A stretch of 64,000 bases of DNA from Blepharisma stoltei ATCC 30299 (Eukaryota; Protista; Ciliophora). Positions 1-12,700 of this stretch are shown one piece after another. The translations under genes were made by a program, and so were the position numbers. Each line of letters opens with the position of its first letter. The stretch's first letter is position 1. The notes beneath the pieces were generated by a model that was not told the origin of the DNA, searched no databases, and was given only the letters and a program-made list of their open reading frames with translations. The stretch spans positions 988,431 to 1,052,430 of the forward strand of contig CBFDEM010000036.1 in assembly GCA_965603825.1 (NCBI GenBank). Direction: 5' to 3'.

Positions 1-65
1 AATAAATTTTTAAGCCCCTAGAATTTTTGATGAAAAATTTTTGTTAAATAAAAATTTTGTTCAAA

Positions 66-860
66 ATGGACAAAAAATCAGGAAAAAAAGAGCAAGGAAA
101 AGTCTATTGTGATATTTGCAGAAAAAGCATCCCACAGTGGCTTATGCCGAAGCATCAGTATTGCCAGCAGCATTTACGAGCTAAAGCAGCAAGAATGTTT
201 TATCAAGCTAAATCTAAAGAAAATCCTTACAAAAAATTCAAAGACGACCCAGATGCCTTTTTTTCTAATAAAATGCCAATGGCACCAGAAGAGCTTGGCC
301 CAGCACTATTTAATCCTCACGACGCACTTATAACAAAATCCAAAACTAAAGGCATTTGGGCCCTAATTGAAGACGAAACAACAGGCACAACCTATTTTAA
401 AAACAAACTCAGCGGGAAAATGCAGAGAAATCGTCCAGTTGGCTTGCTAGACGAAGATTTTGATAGAGAAGTTATACAAAGTCTTCAAGAAAATAACCCT
501 CAAAGCCAATTCAATTATCAAGAATATGAAGAAGAGGACGAAGACGAACAAGCCAAGCCAGGCGAATGAAAAGAAGTCACAGGCAGCAGCTGGTTTGGAG
601 AAGATAAAGAAGAAAGTGAAGAAGAGAAATTTGAAGGAATTTATGAGAAAGATGAAATTATTGTAGAAGATGAGGAAAGTGAAGAAGAAGAAGAAGGAGA
701 AAATAAAAGAGAAATTATGCTAAATACAGTGGAAAAATTGAAAGACAAAGCAAAAGAAAGCAGCGATGAAGAGCTTGTGGAAAAGCCGGTGTATAGTCAG
801 AGTGTTAAAAGTTGCAAAGAGTTCGCTAAAAGGAATAAAAAATCAAAATTACAGTTGTAA
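66..860 (+). CDS. U1/matrin-type zinc finger + WW-like domain protein (WBP4/FBP21-like), 264 aa
   Basis: ATG at 66, frame continues through TGA 567-569 (PGE-W) to TAA 858-860. It has a YCDIC..H....H finger, a WW-like segment GIWALIEDETTGTTYFKNKLSGKMQRNRP and an acidic tail. Confidence 0.65.
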
Positions 861-919
861 TTTTATGGATTTATGATTGAAAAATTATTATAAATTTTGA
901 TTTAAATTACAGCTAGTTT

Positions 920-1627
920 TTAATTGAAAAATTTTGATTGCTTCGATATATAATTTGCATGATATCCTAAAGAATGGGATTTTTTTGAAGCTTTTACATA
1001 CTCTATGTAAGGCTCATTATTCAAAAGCTGCATAAATTTTTCTTTTCTCTCAGGAAACGAATTTTTATATTTCTCTATGACCTCATGATCGCTTATTTGC
1101 TTACTTGTTTTGGTTCGAAATGGCTCAGGGCTCATTATGCTTTTCTTTTTATGCATTGGTTTATATTTCACAGATAGCCTTGCTAATTTCTTTTCTTTTT
1201 GATTATTAATTAAATCTGTGCGTTCTTTTACAACATACCCATTTAATAAATTTGACCCTTGCTTAGATATCGGAAATTTAAAAGTGTTCAAAAATGTATT
1301 TGACCTGTCAGAGACTTCTATAGTAAAAATAGTCGGAGAAATTGTGCAGCTTGAGCTTGGCTTTATAAGGCTATTTTTATATGAGCATAGTTTGGTAGGA
1401 CTTTCATAAAAAGAGCTTTTATGAGAAATTGGCAATGAGCTAAAAGGGCTTTTAGGACAGCTTATTGTGGATGGGGTAGAGTTCAAGGTAAAATCATGCA
1501 AAGGCTCATTTAATTTGAGAGGAAGAGGCTTAAGGTTTTTATATGGTAGGCTTGCTCTATTAGAAATCATTGGCTGTGAATAGATAATTCGAGTGTGTGG
1601 CAAATCTTTAAAGGAAGCTGATGACAT
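920..1627 (-). CDS. hypothetical Ser/Pro/Lys-rich protein, 235 aa
   Basis: ATG-to-TAA ORF flanked by short AT-rich spacers; no recognisable domain. Confidence 0.7.
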   Translation of the reverse strand: MSSASFKDLPHTRIIYSQPMISNRASLPYKNLKPLPLKLNEPLHDFTLNSTPSTISCPKSPFSSLPISHKSSFYESPTKLCSYKNSLIKPSSSCTISPTIFTIEVSDRSNTFLNTFKFPISKQGSNLLNGYVVKERTDLINNQKEKKLARLSVKYKPMHKKKSIMSPEPFRTKTSKQISDHEVIEKYKNSFPERKEKFMQLLNNEPYIEYVKASKKSHSLGYHANYISKQSKFFN

Positions 1628-1815
1628 ATTTTATTATTTTTGATAATAACACAGAATTATCATCGAAAGCACAAATTTAAATTGAATATATTAATTTTAC
1701 CATAAAATTAATTTTAATATTAAGGATTTTTATATTAACCTTTAACTAATTAGGCGCAATATGAAATTAATATGGAAATCTTAGGAAACCAGGGGATTTT
1801 ATTTTCTTATAATAA

Positions 1816-4800
1816 ATGGAACACCCTGAGCTCGAAGACGACTTAATGGAAAAGGTCGAAAAAGCTATAGGTCCTGCCCAAAAACTAGCAGCTTTAAAAT
1901 CCCTAGCAGACTTATATGGCAAAGAAGGCTACAAAGAGCGGCAATTGCAATACATTTTAATGTGTCTAGAAATTAGCAACGGTGATGACAATCTTTGGAG
2001 AGAGTTAGGCGAAGCCGCTTTACATCTAGAAAGACTCCCATTAGCAATTTATTCTTATAAAGCCTGTGTGAAGCTTAAAAATGCCCCAGAAAACATATAT
2101 GGCCTAGCCCTTGCCAAAGCATTATCTTATGACTATGTAAATTCCCTGGCGATTTTAAATTTTTTAATAGAGACTCAAAACTTTGAACCCGCCCAAGATC
2201 TGAAAAAATTTGTTATGTCAAAAATAAAAAATGAAGAAGCTGCAGAAAGCCCTATAAAAATTGCATGGCCAGCGCTGAAACAGGAAGAGCCATATAAAAG
2301 TATAGTGAAAAAGGTATCAAATCTGTATTCACTGATTACAACTGCAAGAATTCTAGTTGACCAAGGAAAATGGGATTCTAAAGTAAAATTCGAACTCTCT
2401 ACAAGTGCTGCAGAAAAAGCTATTACAGCCAAGCCTGCTCCTGTTGTAATAAATCCTTGCTGAGACTTCTGTGAGCAGGTAAAAAAGATTGTGCTTGATA
2501 ATACAAATGAAACATTTTTAGCTGTAGTTTGGGATAAGACTTTCCAACTATCTGTCATCAGTACCAAAATTACAGCTATGCTAGAAGAAGAAATTAAGCC
2601 TTTTTTCAGTTCCCCAATGCTGCTCCGGCACATCTGCCGAGATCTCTTTCCTTTGCTTCTAAAAAACAACCCAAGACCGTCTACATTGCTTTCAAACGAA
2701 ATTGGCCCTGAAATCTTGCACATTTATTTCCAATGCGAAGCTTGGACTGATTTATCTGACGAATTGTTAACTTTATTAGAGCTATCTAATGAAGAAAATA
2801 TTCCTGCAGATTTCAGAATCTCGCTAAGGACAAAATTAATTATGAATCTGCCTGAGTCTGATAATAAAGAAATAAAAGCAAGAACTTTTGCAGCATTGGC
2901 ACTCTCTCATTTTAAGTCACGGGAAAAATTTGAAAAAAATCGAGAAGATTTAATTCAAGAATTAATGCATGCTGAACATTTGGCAGAAAAAGCTATAAAT
3001 GAGCTCCAAGGGGCGACGATTTATATGTGGTGAACTGATACTCTTTTGAATGAGAGTACTCTTAATAAGCTGAGAAATGATGTAAAAGTGGATTATGCGC
3101 TGCTGGATTTTGATAAACTAGCAAAAGTTACACAAAAGAGTGTGGAGCCGATTTTAAGGATGCTTGACACATGGAGCAAAGTGCTGCTTGTGCATTCAGC
3201 GAATGATGATCCATCGTTTTATTGGAAAAAAATGAAAATCCAATTAAAAATTTTAACAAAATTTTCATTAAATGACACAGAAAAAAACCAGCTCTGCACA
3301 ATTTTAACCAGATATGTATCTGTTCTCCTATTCAACGCAGAAGAAGGAGTTTCCTTAAAAAAAGATTACGATTTTCCATTACTAATGGAAACCCTAACCA
3401 AACAGCTATCCCCGTTTAATGTCTTAGAAAAATCTCAAGTCTGCAAACTGTCTATCTCCCTATTAACTCTCATGAGGTACGTCCCTAAGCTCTATAACTA
3501 CCTCCCTTTTTTCCTAAAAAGAGTCTTCAAAGTTATAAAGCCTTCAATCATCCCTGAAATTTTCGACGTTTTTCATAAAAATTTAAAACTTTTTGAAAAT
3601 GATCTCGAAAAAGATTTTCATCAAAAATTGTGCCAGCATTTTGAAAAAGTCTGCTTTGACCAAGAAAAAGAAAAATTGTTAAAAATTATTTATAGATGGA
3701 ATTATGGACTAGGAGATAAAGTATGCAAATGCGGGAAAAAAATATCGACAAATATACTGGCCTTGCCGAACTCTCCTGAAAAGCTTTTAAGATTTTTAAA
3801 GACTTCAGAAGAAAAATATGAGGATTATTCATATCAATCCCCTGAGATATATAAAAATAAAAAATGCTATACTCTACTAGAAGTGCTTAACCAGAAAGAA
3901 GAGACTTTATTTATTGATTGCCCAAAGCATAATAATTTTTTGCATATGGTCAACAGTGAAGAAATACCAATATTAATGGACTGTTGTAATAAAGAAAAAA
4001 GAGAAATTGCTTCAGAAGCATTTAAAAGAATGGCTTGCTATAATTATGAGTCATCTAAAAAAAACGAGCTGAAAAAGAGAATGGATTTTTTAAAAGAAGC
4101 CAGAAAATTTATCATAAAAGCAATAGAGCTTTGTCCAGGAAATTCCGAGTATTGGCTGATATTAGGCCAAATCTCGTTTTGGAAATGAATTTGGGGATTT
4201 TTTGATATTTTTTATAGCAGTGATAAATATTTCGCAAAATTTGAAGATGGGGTAGAAGCGGTGCATGCTTACAATATAGCAATAAAATTGGAAAATAAAA
4301 ATAAACAGTACATTTATGAAGCAAAATCAGTTTTATGTTACTTTTTAAGCTCAATAGACAAAGAATATTTTTTCGAAGCACTAAAATCAGTTGACGAAGC
4401 TTATGGTTTATATAAAATCCATTCAAATATTATATGTGTAATATACGGACTTATGCTGACCAAATCTAAAAACCCAGAATCTACCCATATTTTAATAGGG
4501 CTTTCCCCTTATAGTGAAATTGCTAATTATAAAATGAACCCTACACAAGAAAACCTAGCTTTTGTTAACCTTCAAGATGATCATTATTGCAAATATTTAT
4601 ACCATAAAAACAGCAATTCTTTATATACTTTACTTATTGAAAACAATTTTATAGGCTCATATGAAGCCAAAAGTGAATTTGAGATTTTTATGGAAAGGCC
4701 GTTTTTTATGTGAAATTTAATTTCAAAAGCTGGGATTCAGTGTGTGAAACAGGTAAAAACGGAAGGGAAAGAAAAAATAATAGAAATTATTGAAAATGTT

Positions 4801-4977
4801 TTAGCGATTAAGAAAGGAAGAAGAAATAAAGCTTTATCAAAAATTTTTATGGCGTGCTTAGAGGAATTAATTGTTCAAGGATATAATCAAGATGCGCAAA
4901 AATACCTGGAAAAAATTTCAATGCTGACTCCTCAAGAAAAGAAAGAAATCAAGGTGAAACTTGGAGCTGATATATAA
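1816..4977 (+). CDS. TPR protein, CABIN1/Hir3-like (HIRA histone chaperone complex subunit), 1053 aa
   Basis: Five track ORFs share one frame and are separated only by TGA (2461, 3031, 4186, 4711); ends at TAA. The N-terminal TPRs ALKSLADL...DDNLWRELGEAALHLERLPLAIYSY resemble the CABIN1 N-terminus as I recall it, and there is a later TPR ARKFIIKAIELCPGNSEYW. Confidence 0.6.
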
Positions 4978-5589
4978 GATTAGTTTATCTAAAAGTAATA
5001 TTCAGCATAGTATTAATTATTTATGTAATTACTACTTTAATTTATCACAGGCTTATAAATATTAATTTAATTTTTTTATATCCTTATTTCATTATAATGA
5101 ATGCACAATCCATATAGTTTTATTTTAATAGATATCAATTTGATAGAATTTTGATATTGATCATTTTTTGGCAAAAATTGTCCTAACTTTTAATCAAAAT
5201 CTCTTTAATTTTGAGTTTCAGTTATCTTTTATATCCTACCATTTATTCAATATTTCTTTTACAGTAAGATTAGAATACCTTAAAAATTTTCTTCTATTTA
5301 AAGAATATTTAATGCTCAAATCATCAAATTTCAAATAAATTTCTCCATAAAACTGTTCTTTCATATCCACTTACTAAATATTCATTTAAATTTACTCTTT
5401 TTAAATTTTTTCTTTCTCTTATATGAAAATCAATACCGGTTTCAAAACAATTTCTCTATTATATAATTTAATTCCCAATTCATTAGAAAAATCAGTAAAG
5501 CGAAGAAATAAGCTTAATTGAATTTTTCGAATAAATTAAGCTTTAGTCGCTAAAAATGCGAAAAACGTATATAAAAGCTTAAAATAAAA

Positions 5590-6402
5590 ATGATAATAGT
5601 CCAAGGTACCCTTGCTACACTTCAGCTTCTAAAACTAGGAATTTGGTCATGCTTACTTATAGGAACTATTACTTTTGGCTGTACATGTGATGGGATTCTT
5701 CCAAGCTTTATACTCTCTATAATTCCCCTCATAATTGCCTTCATAATGATACCAATTTTGATTCATGTTTTCCTTGACTTTCTATCTCGAGGCCAAGATT
5801 TATTTGCTAAGCCTATTCTTTTATTCTGGAATTATGCAATTTCTCTATCAGTTATAATATTTTCTGCTTTAGGCTGCCTATTTCTTGATGGGATTATAAA
5901 AATTTCGCTCACAATTATTTTCAGCCCACTTTGGTTTGCACTTGCGTCCTTATTTTTATTTTCTGTGTTTATAGCTGAAGTACTTATAGAAAATGGCTAC
6001 AAAAGAGCAGCCCTTATGCTGTTTATCTGGCCAATCGCTGGGTATATTTTTTCGTTCTTATGGATGGGATATATAATAGACACAAATCCAGAAGCATTTT
6101 TATTTGCTATAGCTCCAATATTTATTGCAAATATTATTCACATAATTTTATATGTGAAGGATATAATAGAAACAAAAAGCACCACAGGAGCTTTCAATAT
6201 TAACGCTCAAGAACTTTTGTGCATATTAATGTTGCCTTGCTTTGTAGCATTACTTACAGCAAAAATTTATTCTGCAACTTGGATACCTTCTTTGACTCTT
6301 ACAGGGCATGTAGCAATAGTGCTTATATTCTGCTTTTATAAAGATATACAAAGTTTCTCTGCTAGAAAAGACGATAAAAATGCTTATGAAACGATCTATT
6401 AA
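5590..6402 (+). CDS. multi-pass membrane protein (possibly TMEM185/TMEM60-like), 270 aa
   Basis: About 8 hydrophobic segments and an IIFSPLW motif reminiscent of that family; the family call is weak. Confidence 0.6.
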   Translation: MIIVQGTLATLQLLKLGIWSCLLIGTITFGCTCDGILPSFILSIIPLIIAFIMIPILIHVFLDFLSRGQDLFAKPILLFWNYAISLSVIIFSALGCLFLDGIIKISLTIIFSPLWFALASLFLFSVFIAEVLIENGYKRAALMLFIWPIAGYIFSFLWMGYIIDTNPEAFLFAIAPIFIANIIHIILYVKDIIETKSTTGAFNINAQELLCILMLPCFVALLTAKIYSATWIPSLTLTGHVAIVLIFCFYKDIQSFSARKDDKNAYETIY

Positions 6403-6732
6403 TTAATTTATATATGAAACTGGTGTGCTGAGAAAGTATTTTTTAATTTTTTATATAAAATTCTAGGTTTAATTATGAAATAATAGGAATTAAATATAAT
6501 AAAAAATGATTTAAAAACTGACGAATTTTTAAATGCTGTATACAATCTTAGATCATACTTTTCACCATAAGAAATCCTTAACATAATATGACTTAAAAAA
6601 CTCATTTCACTTAAAAAAATTCAATAAAGATTATCTCCTCACCGATATGGATAATTTTTATTATATATCTATTAATCCAAATATTATTATTTCACCAAAT
6701 TAGCATCCCAACAAATTTAAAAATAAAATACA

Positions 6733-7920
6733 ATGGACACCCTCTCAGTCCTCTCCTCCTGTGTCTCCGCAATGGCTCCTCTCTCCATAATCACAGCAAC
6801 AGGTGCTCTAATGACTTATTACAAAGCTTTCGACAAATCCACAAACGACATGATAGCGAATTCCTGCTACAAGTTCTTTTTTCCCTTATTTATATCTCTC
6901 AATTTAATAGCAGCGACCAACAGTGACAAGCTTTCAGACGAGTGGCCTTTATTGGTAATCCCAATTTTAGCCATTCTGATATCCTCAATTGTGTCTTTTA
7001 TCCACATTCCACTATGTAAACCACCTCACGAAATCAGGTTTACAATGCATTATGTCCTTGTTTTTGCCAGTTCAGGAAGCATTCCGCTTCTTTTGACGCA
7101 AGGAATGTGCAAATATGGACCTCTTAAAGGGGATGATACTTGTGATAATGCAGCGTCTTATGTTTATATACAACTAATCCCTTTTGCTGTGATTACGTGA
7201 ACTTATGGGTTTGTTCTTGTATATACTGACCATTTAGAAAAGAGAAAATTGCTTAAAGTTATGAAAAATTCAGAAGAAAAGCATAAAGAAAGTGAAGAAG
7301 AAGAAGCCTTGGAATCGGAAAATCTTGGGCGAAATAATGTGGAAATTCTGATACCTCCTAATTATACAGACACTCCAAAAAGAGAAGATGAAAAGCCGAA
7401 AACATTGAAATATATCTTAATGTCACAACTTATAAGACCAGTCCCAGTTTCCTGCTACTTAGGCTTAGCATTAGGCTGTATTCCAGGGATTCATGATATT
7501 TTCACTAACAGTGATGCAATTCTAAACCCTTTATACAACGGCGGATACCTTGTAGGATACAGCGGCGTGATTTTATCACAAATGATTTTGGGCAGCAACT
7601 TACTTTTGTCAAGAAAAAATAAAAAATTGGTTTCAAAATTTTATATTTTTTCAATAGTCGCATTAAGATGCATTTTAATCACAAGTATCGGACTTCTGAT
7701 CATCTGGGGCTTATGGACAGCAGATATATTTTTAGGCGACAAAACAATGGCTTATGTCAGTTTCATGAATTTCGCAACTCCAAGTACAGTAATCGCATCA
7801 GTTTTGTGTCAGATCCTAGACGTAGGAATAGAAGATACAAGCGTTGTACTATTTTGGATGTACGCGTTTTCATTCTTTTCGTTGACTATATCCTCGTATA
7901 TTTTATTTTTGGTTATTTAG
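6733..7920 (+). CDS. auxin efflux carrier (AEC)/PIN-LIKES family membrane transporter, 395 aa
   Basis: Two track ORFs joined through TGA 7198 (giving the family-like WTYG). Two hydrophobic halves are separated by a charged loop; motifs SGSIPL, MILGSNL, FATPS; TAG stop. Confidence 0.75.
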
Positions 7921-7958
7921 ATAATACACATAATTCCTTTTGGTTTCTGAATATTAAA

Positions 7959-8750
7959 ATGGAATTCAAATTTGACTTAAATTCTGTCCTACGCCCTGAT
8001 TCTCGTGGGATTGCTATTTTAGCACCAAACTCGCAATATCGGCCTAGCAGAGAGTTATGTTTTATTATTGATGAGCTAGGAAAATTAAGCGCAACCGCAC
8101 AAGGACTGAGAGCGATTATTACAACTTCAACGAAATTTTTTGGCTCTAACGATAATAAATTGTACTTCAAAACTGAAGGAAATCGAGTATTAGGGATGCT
8201 AAAAACTGGGTATAGGAAATTATTCTATACAAATGAAATTGGGAAAATCACTGAGCTTACCCCGCTTTGTCTGTTAGATTTTTATGTTCATGAGTCCGTA
8301 CAAAGAAGCGGATATGGAAAAGAACTCTATGAGAGGATGATTTATGAGGAAAATTCTCAACCAAATAAAATAGCAATTGACAGACCCTCCCCTAAGCTGC
8401 TCAGCTTCATGAGAAAACATTATGGACTAAGCGAATTTGTCCCTCAAAACAATAATTTCACTATATATAAGAGATATTTTAATGGAGGATTCCAAGAAAG
8501 TGATGGAAATAGAAGAAAAACACCTATAAGTAGGAACCGAGAGCCAGACCTAAGCTATGGGGAGCCAGTTGTAAATAATTTGTCAAGAGAAAGGAAACTT
8601 CAAGAGCAGTTTGGGGCTGGGAATATTTTCAATGATAGCACTGAAATTAGAAGAGGAAGCAATTATCAGCCAAGAGCTCCTTTTGCAACTGAAGTTCCTT
8701 TAAGGAAAAAAGTAACGACATCGGCTGCTTCATATGGCTCTTACATATAA
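7959..8750 (+). CDS. ATAT1: alpha-tubulin N-acetyltransferase (MEC-17/ATAT1), 263 aa
   Basis: MEFKFD start, IIDELGKLSATAQGL, GMLKTGYRKLF, LCLLDFYVHESVQRSGYGKELY, AIDRPSPKLLSF, PQNNNF. The true start is the ATG at 7959, not 7668. Confidence 0.95.
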   Translation: MEFKFDLNSVLRPDSRGIAILAPNSQYRPSRELCFIIDELGKLSATAQGLRAIITTSTKFFGSNDNKLYFKTEGNRVLGMLKTGYRKLFYTNEIGKITELTPLCLLDFYVHESVQRSGYGKELYERMIYEENSQPNKIAIDRPSPKLLSFMRKHYGLSEFVPQNNNFTIYKRYFNGGFQESDGNRRKTPISRNREPDLSYGEPVVNNLSRERKLQEQFGAGNIFNDSTEIRRGSNYQPRAPFATEVPLRKKVTTSAASYGSYI

Positions 8751-8792
8751 TTAGATAATCAATTTATAAGTATTTTAGAATTATAATACTAG

Positions 8793-9707
8793 CTATATCA
8801 TTATAAAATGCTTCAACCCTAGTGCCAAAATCAGCAGCACAATCAATATGACTAACATTACAATGCACCCTGTCGCCCTCGTACACCTTTGGTGCTTTTC
8901 AGCTTTCACAAGTTCTTTATTAGCCTTAGTTGTCTCTTCAAGGGTTTTTTCAATATTATAATCAATTCTATCAAGTATCGTCCCTTGATTCATCACAAGT
9001 GTCGACAGCTCTTTAAATACATCTGCAAGGTCCTGAATACTCGTAACCAAATCAATAATCGCCTCATTTCTTTCCATAGCCACATTGACCTCCATTAAAT
9101 CGTCCTTATCATACTCCTCTTTATCGTCAGCCAAAAAATCTTCATTATAGTCTGATATTAAATTCGGATTTTCTTGGCTTTTTATTTTCTTTACAAAATC
9201 CTGCTGGATTTTTTTGTATTTTATGGACTGCTGCTGGAGTCTTTGGAAAAAACTTTGAGAAATGTTTTTTCTGAGGATTCTGTCTTCGACGTTTCCTGAC
9301 TGGTTTTCAAGATCTTTTATTTGTTTGTCGATTGAGCGAATTAGCTGGGAAATTGATTCTCCGATGTTTCTGATTTCGATGTCTTTAGATTTAGTGCTGC
9401 CAAATGTGATTGCTAGCCTTTGCCGCTGTATTTTCCCCAGCGTTGGGACAGCGTCTTCCAGCTTTTTCAAGTCATCGATAACTTGGTCATAAATATCGAC
9501 CCATAATGGAGGCAACGAATGCCGAGATATGTAATTAGAATCAATATTTTCAAGTAACTTTTCTGATCCATTTGTAGAAAGCTCAGCTGCTGACAGTTGA
9601 AATCGGGACTTTTTTGTGGAATTTTCTTTCCTTAGCTTCTTAAATTCATATGTGAGGTTTCGGGATACACCCTGAGATTCACGTATTGAAGGCTGACTAG
9701 TTGACAT
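8793..9707 (-). CDS. STX16: syntaxin-16/Tlg2/SYP4-type Qa-SNARE, 304 aa
   Basis: N-peptide SRNLTYEF, LPPLWVD, SNARE motif ERNEAI...LVMNQGTILDRIDYNIE and a C-terminal TM helix. Confidence 0.88.
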   Translation of the reverse strand: MSTSQPSIRESQGVSRNLTYEFKKLRKENSTKKSRFQLSAAELSTNGSEKLLENIDSNYISRHSLPPLWVDIYDQVIDDLKKLEDAVPTLGKIQRQRLAITFGSTKSKDIEIRNIGESISQLIRSIDKQIKDLENQSGNVEDRILRKNISQSFFQRLQQQSIKYKKIQQDFVKKIKSQENPNLISDYNEDFLADDKEEYDKDDLMEVNVAMERNEAIIDLVTSIQDLADVFKELSTLVMNQGTILDRIDYNIEKTLEETTKANKELVKAEKHQRCTRATGCIVMLVILIVLLILALGLKHFIMI

Positions 9708-9798
9708 TATTTTGCATTATTAGAAAAAGCTTATGAAAAACTAGGCAAAAGAATTTTGATAAAAATACAAAAACATTTAAAAATTATAAAAAATCCTA

Positions 9799-12700
9799 AT
9801 GGCATTGAAAGAATTCTTGTTCCTTTTGATAATTCCAGCTACTTTTGCAATTGGATATGACGATCTTGGCTCGATTGTCCCATCTGGACATCTTCCTATT
9901 TCTTTATCAATAAATAACGCTGACGAAATTGCTGACTATTCTTTTTCATTTACAGCAGATCACACAGTGCCAAGCGGAGGTACGATAGTAGTTACCTTCC
10001 CTTCACAGTATACCTCAGGGTTTACCACATCTCCTACCTGCAATCTTGGGTCTTGCTCTGTATCTAGCCAATCTGTTACAACAACCTTATCAAAAATTTT
10101 AGAATCTAACACCTTTAGTATTTTAACTATTTCTGGTATTACAAATCCGTCATCGCCTGGAGGTGTCGGAAACTTCCAAATCCAGACCTTTTACGGCGCC
10201 AATATGATTGACTCAAATTCTGCTTTTGGGGTAATCGGAATAGAAAACCTTATAGGCAGTATGATCTCCTCTGGGGTTAGTGTCGCTTCTGGAGAAGACG
10301 CTAAAGCAGGTGTATCCACCAAATATGAGTTTAAATTCAAGCTAAATCGTCCTTTAGGTGCTTGGAACTGAATTCGCTTTACTTTTCCTAATAATGGGTA
10401 TACTTTTGACGCTTACCCTACATGCTCCTCATACTCTATTAATGGAAATATTGTAGAAGGCAGCCTATGGTGCGTCAACAATGGTAACCAGGTCCAATTG
10501 ACTGGGATTGCTGCCGATCTACAAGCTGATTTTGACTATGGGGTCAGGGTGGTTGTTACAAATCCTAGCTATACAATTGCGTCAACTGGGACTTTTACTA
10601 TAGAAACTGGGCACAATTTGACGAATTCTATATATGATAGAAGCTCAGGGATCAGTGGGATCCCTATAAAGCCAGGGCTTATCACACAGATAAGTTTGCA
10701 GCCACAGGAGGCCTGAAATTTGACGACTAGTAAAACTATTGTATATAGGCTGAAATTTATGCCTTCGAATCCTATAGAAGTGGGTGGACAAATTTTGATT
10801 ATTGGATCGAGTAGCTTTAATATGAATGGGCTGGGGATATATCAGCTTGAATATGGATTATCGGATTTATCAACATCCCAGGCTTTGTCTTTTAGCTATT
10901 CTTCTAGCTCTTATACCTTATCTATAACAAATTTTGCGGAATATTCAAAACCAGCACTTATATCACTCCTTTTACAGTTTACTAATCCTTCAGTATCTGG
11001 GTTAACAAGCCCTTTAATTATAAGAACTCTTAAAGCGGACGGAAACACTGTTATTGACGAAAATATATCAGACGCTACAGTAGAAATTTCTACCCTAAGC
11101 TCACCATTATCAGTATCAGTCAGCTACCCAGGATCTTCTACAAATCAAGCTACTGGGGCGTTTACTGATATAAGGATAAGCATTTCTCCACAGCTAGAAA
11201 TCCCTGCTAGTGGCTGAATCCAGGTGACACTTCCGAGTGGCTTTTCTATAAATTCATTAGTTGCACCTATTTGTAAAGTAAAGCCGACTTATATGACAGC
11301 GGCTACTGCACAGTCTTGTTTTGTGGTAGGAAGCAAAATTGCAGTTCAGCTATTTGCGGACTCTGCTGGGGTTTATGGAAAATTCCAAGCTGGGGTGTCA
11401 AGCTATTTTGAAATTTCCAATATTTACGCCCCAAAGAGCTCAGGGTGGTTTATTTTTGATTTTGGGACTTATGATAATAATTTCGGGTTTTTGGAGTCTG
11501 GGTCGGCTACTGTAAATATGGTAGCTTATGTACAATCTACGATTGCTGTAACTGCAGTTCATACAGGACTTGATACTCCTACAGTCATTATTTTTTCTTG
11601 GACCGCCCAAGAAGATGTGGCCAGCGGGGTTGCTTCTAGTAGTCCTTATAATGCCCAAGGCTTTGTAGAAATTAAATTCCCTAGTATGTCAGGGGGGAAC
11701 AATCTTTTTAGAACTGATTTAGGCCTAGGAGTTTCTGTTGGGGCTTCAGTTCCATGTTTAGGGGTCTCTGGTATTCTTCCTGCATCTGGATCTTCTCTAA
11801 GCTGTATAATTACAACATTGCCAAGCTCAGCCTCATCAAGCACCCCTGCAATCATTACAATTTCAAATTTTCTTGCAATTTCTAAGACATCAAGCATTAT
11901 TATCCATTTCCCAGGCATAAAATACGTCCAGACCACCAATTCTCCTACATACACTATCACAACCTACCAAGTCACCAACCGAATTCGAGCAGATTTAGAC
12001 ACAGGGACTTATACAGGAAGCGCCGGGACTTCTCCTCCTTCCTCCACTACTTCAGGTGTAACTATGACTTTGTCCAGTTTTACAGTCCAGTCTACCTCAA
12101 CTTTGGCGTCTGGCAGTGCTTTTACAACCTCTTCCGCGACTGGATCTACCCTTCCTTATTTACTATTCCAAATAACACCTACCCATGATTTAGGATATTG
12201 TCAATACGCCACAGTTTCCTGTACCATTGATGGGGCTGCAAAGACCTGTTTATGCTACCCAGGGATTGACATGATTATGGTGACTTTAACTGCAAGCTTG
12301 GCGGCTGGGACACATACTTATTCAATTGCTGGGCTTTACAACCCTGAATCAGTCCCTACAACTCAAGATGATCTTGTACTATATACCTGTGGAAATCAGG
12401 CTATGGTTGAAAGTTTTACTTTTACAGGGAAAATACCTACTTTGACCCCTGGAGGGTTCATGAATCCAAATGTGGAGCCTACAAGTTATGGCCAAGGCTA
12501 CGTATTTGTGCAATATACATTTACATTCTCCCCTGTTCACGCCATCCCAGCTGGCGGCTCTGCACAAGTAATTTTCCCTTCTTCTTATTCTTTATCTAGC
12601 AGTTCTCCCTCCCCCTATTGCAGCACCGTCTTTTTATCAATCCTTGACCAATCCGGCTCGACCTGTACAGTCACTTCTAATACCATTACAATCTCAATCC

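Noticed and set aside
567-569. In-frame TGA as selenocysteine or as pseudogene stops
   Set aside because: TGA is frequent across many unrelated intact genes and sits at Trp positions, not Cys positions.
7668-7958. N-terminal extension of the ATAT1 ORF in the track
   Set aside because: It overlaps the transporter CDS in another frame; the family-typical start is MEFKF at 7959.
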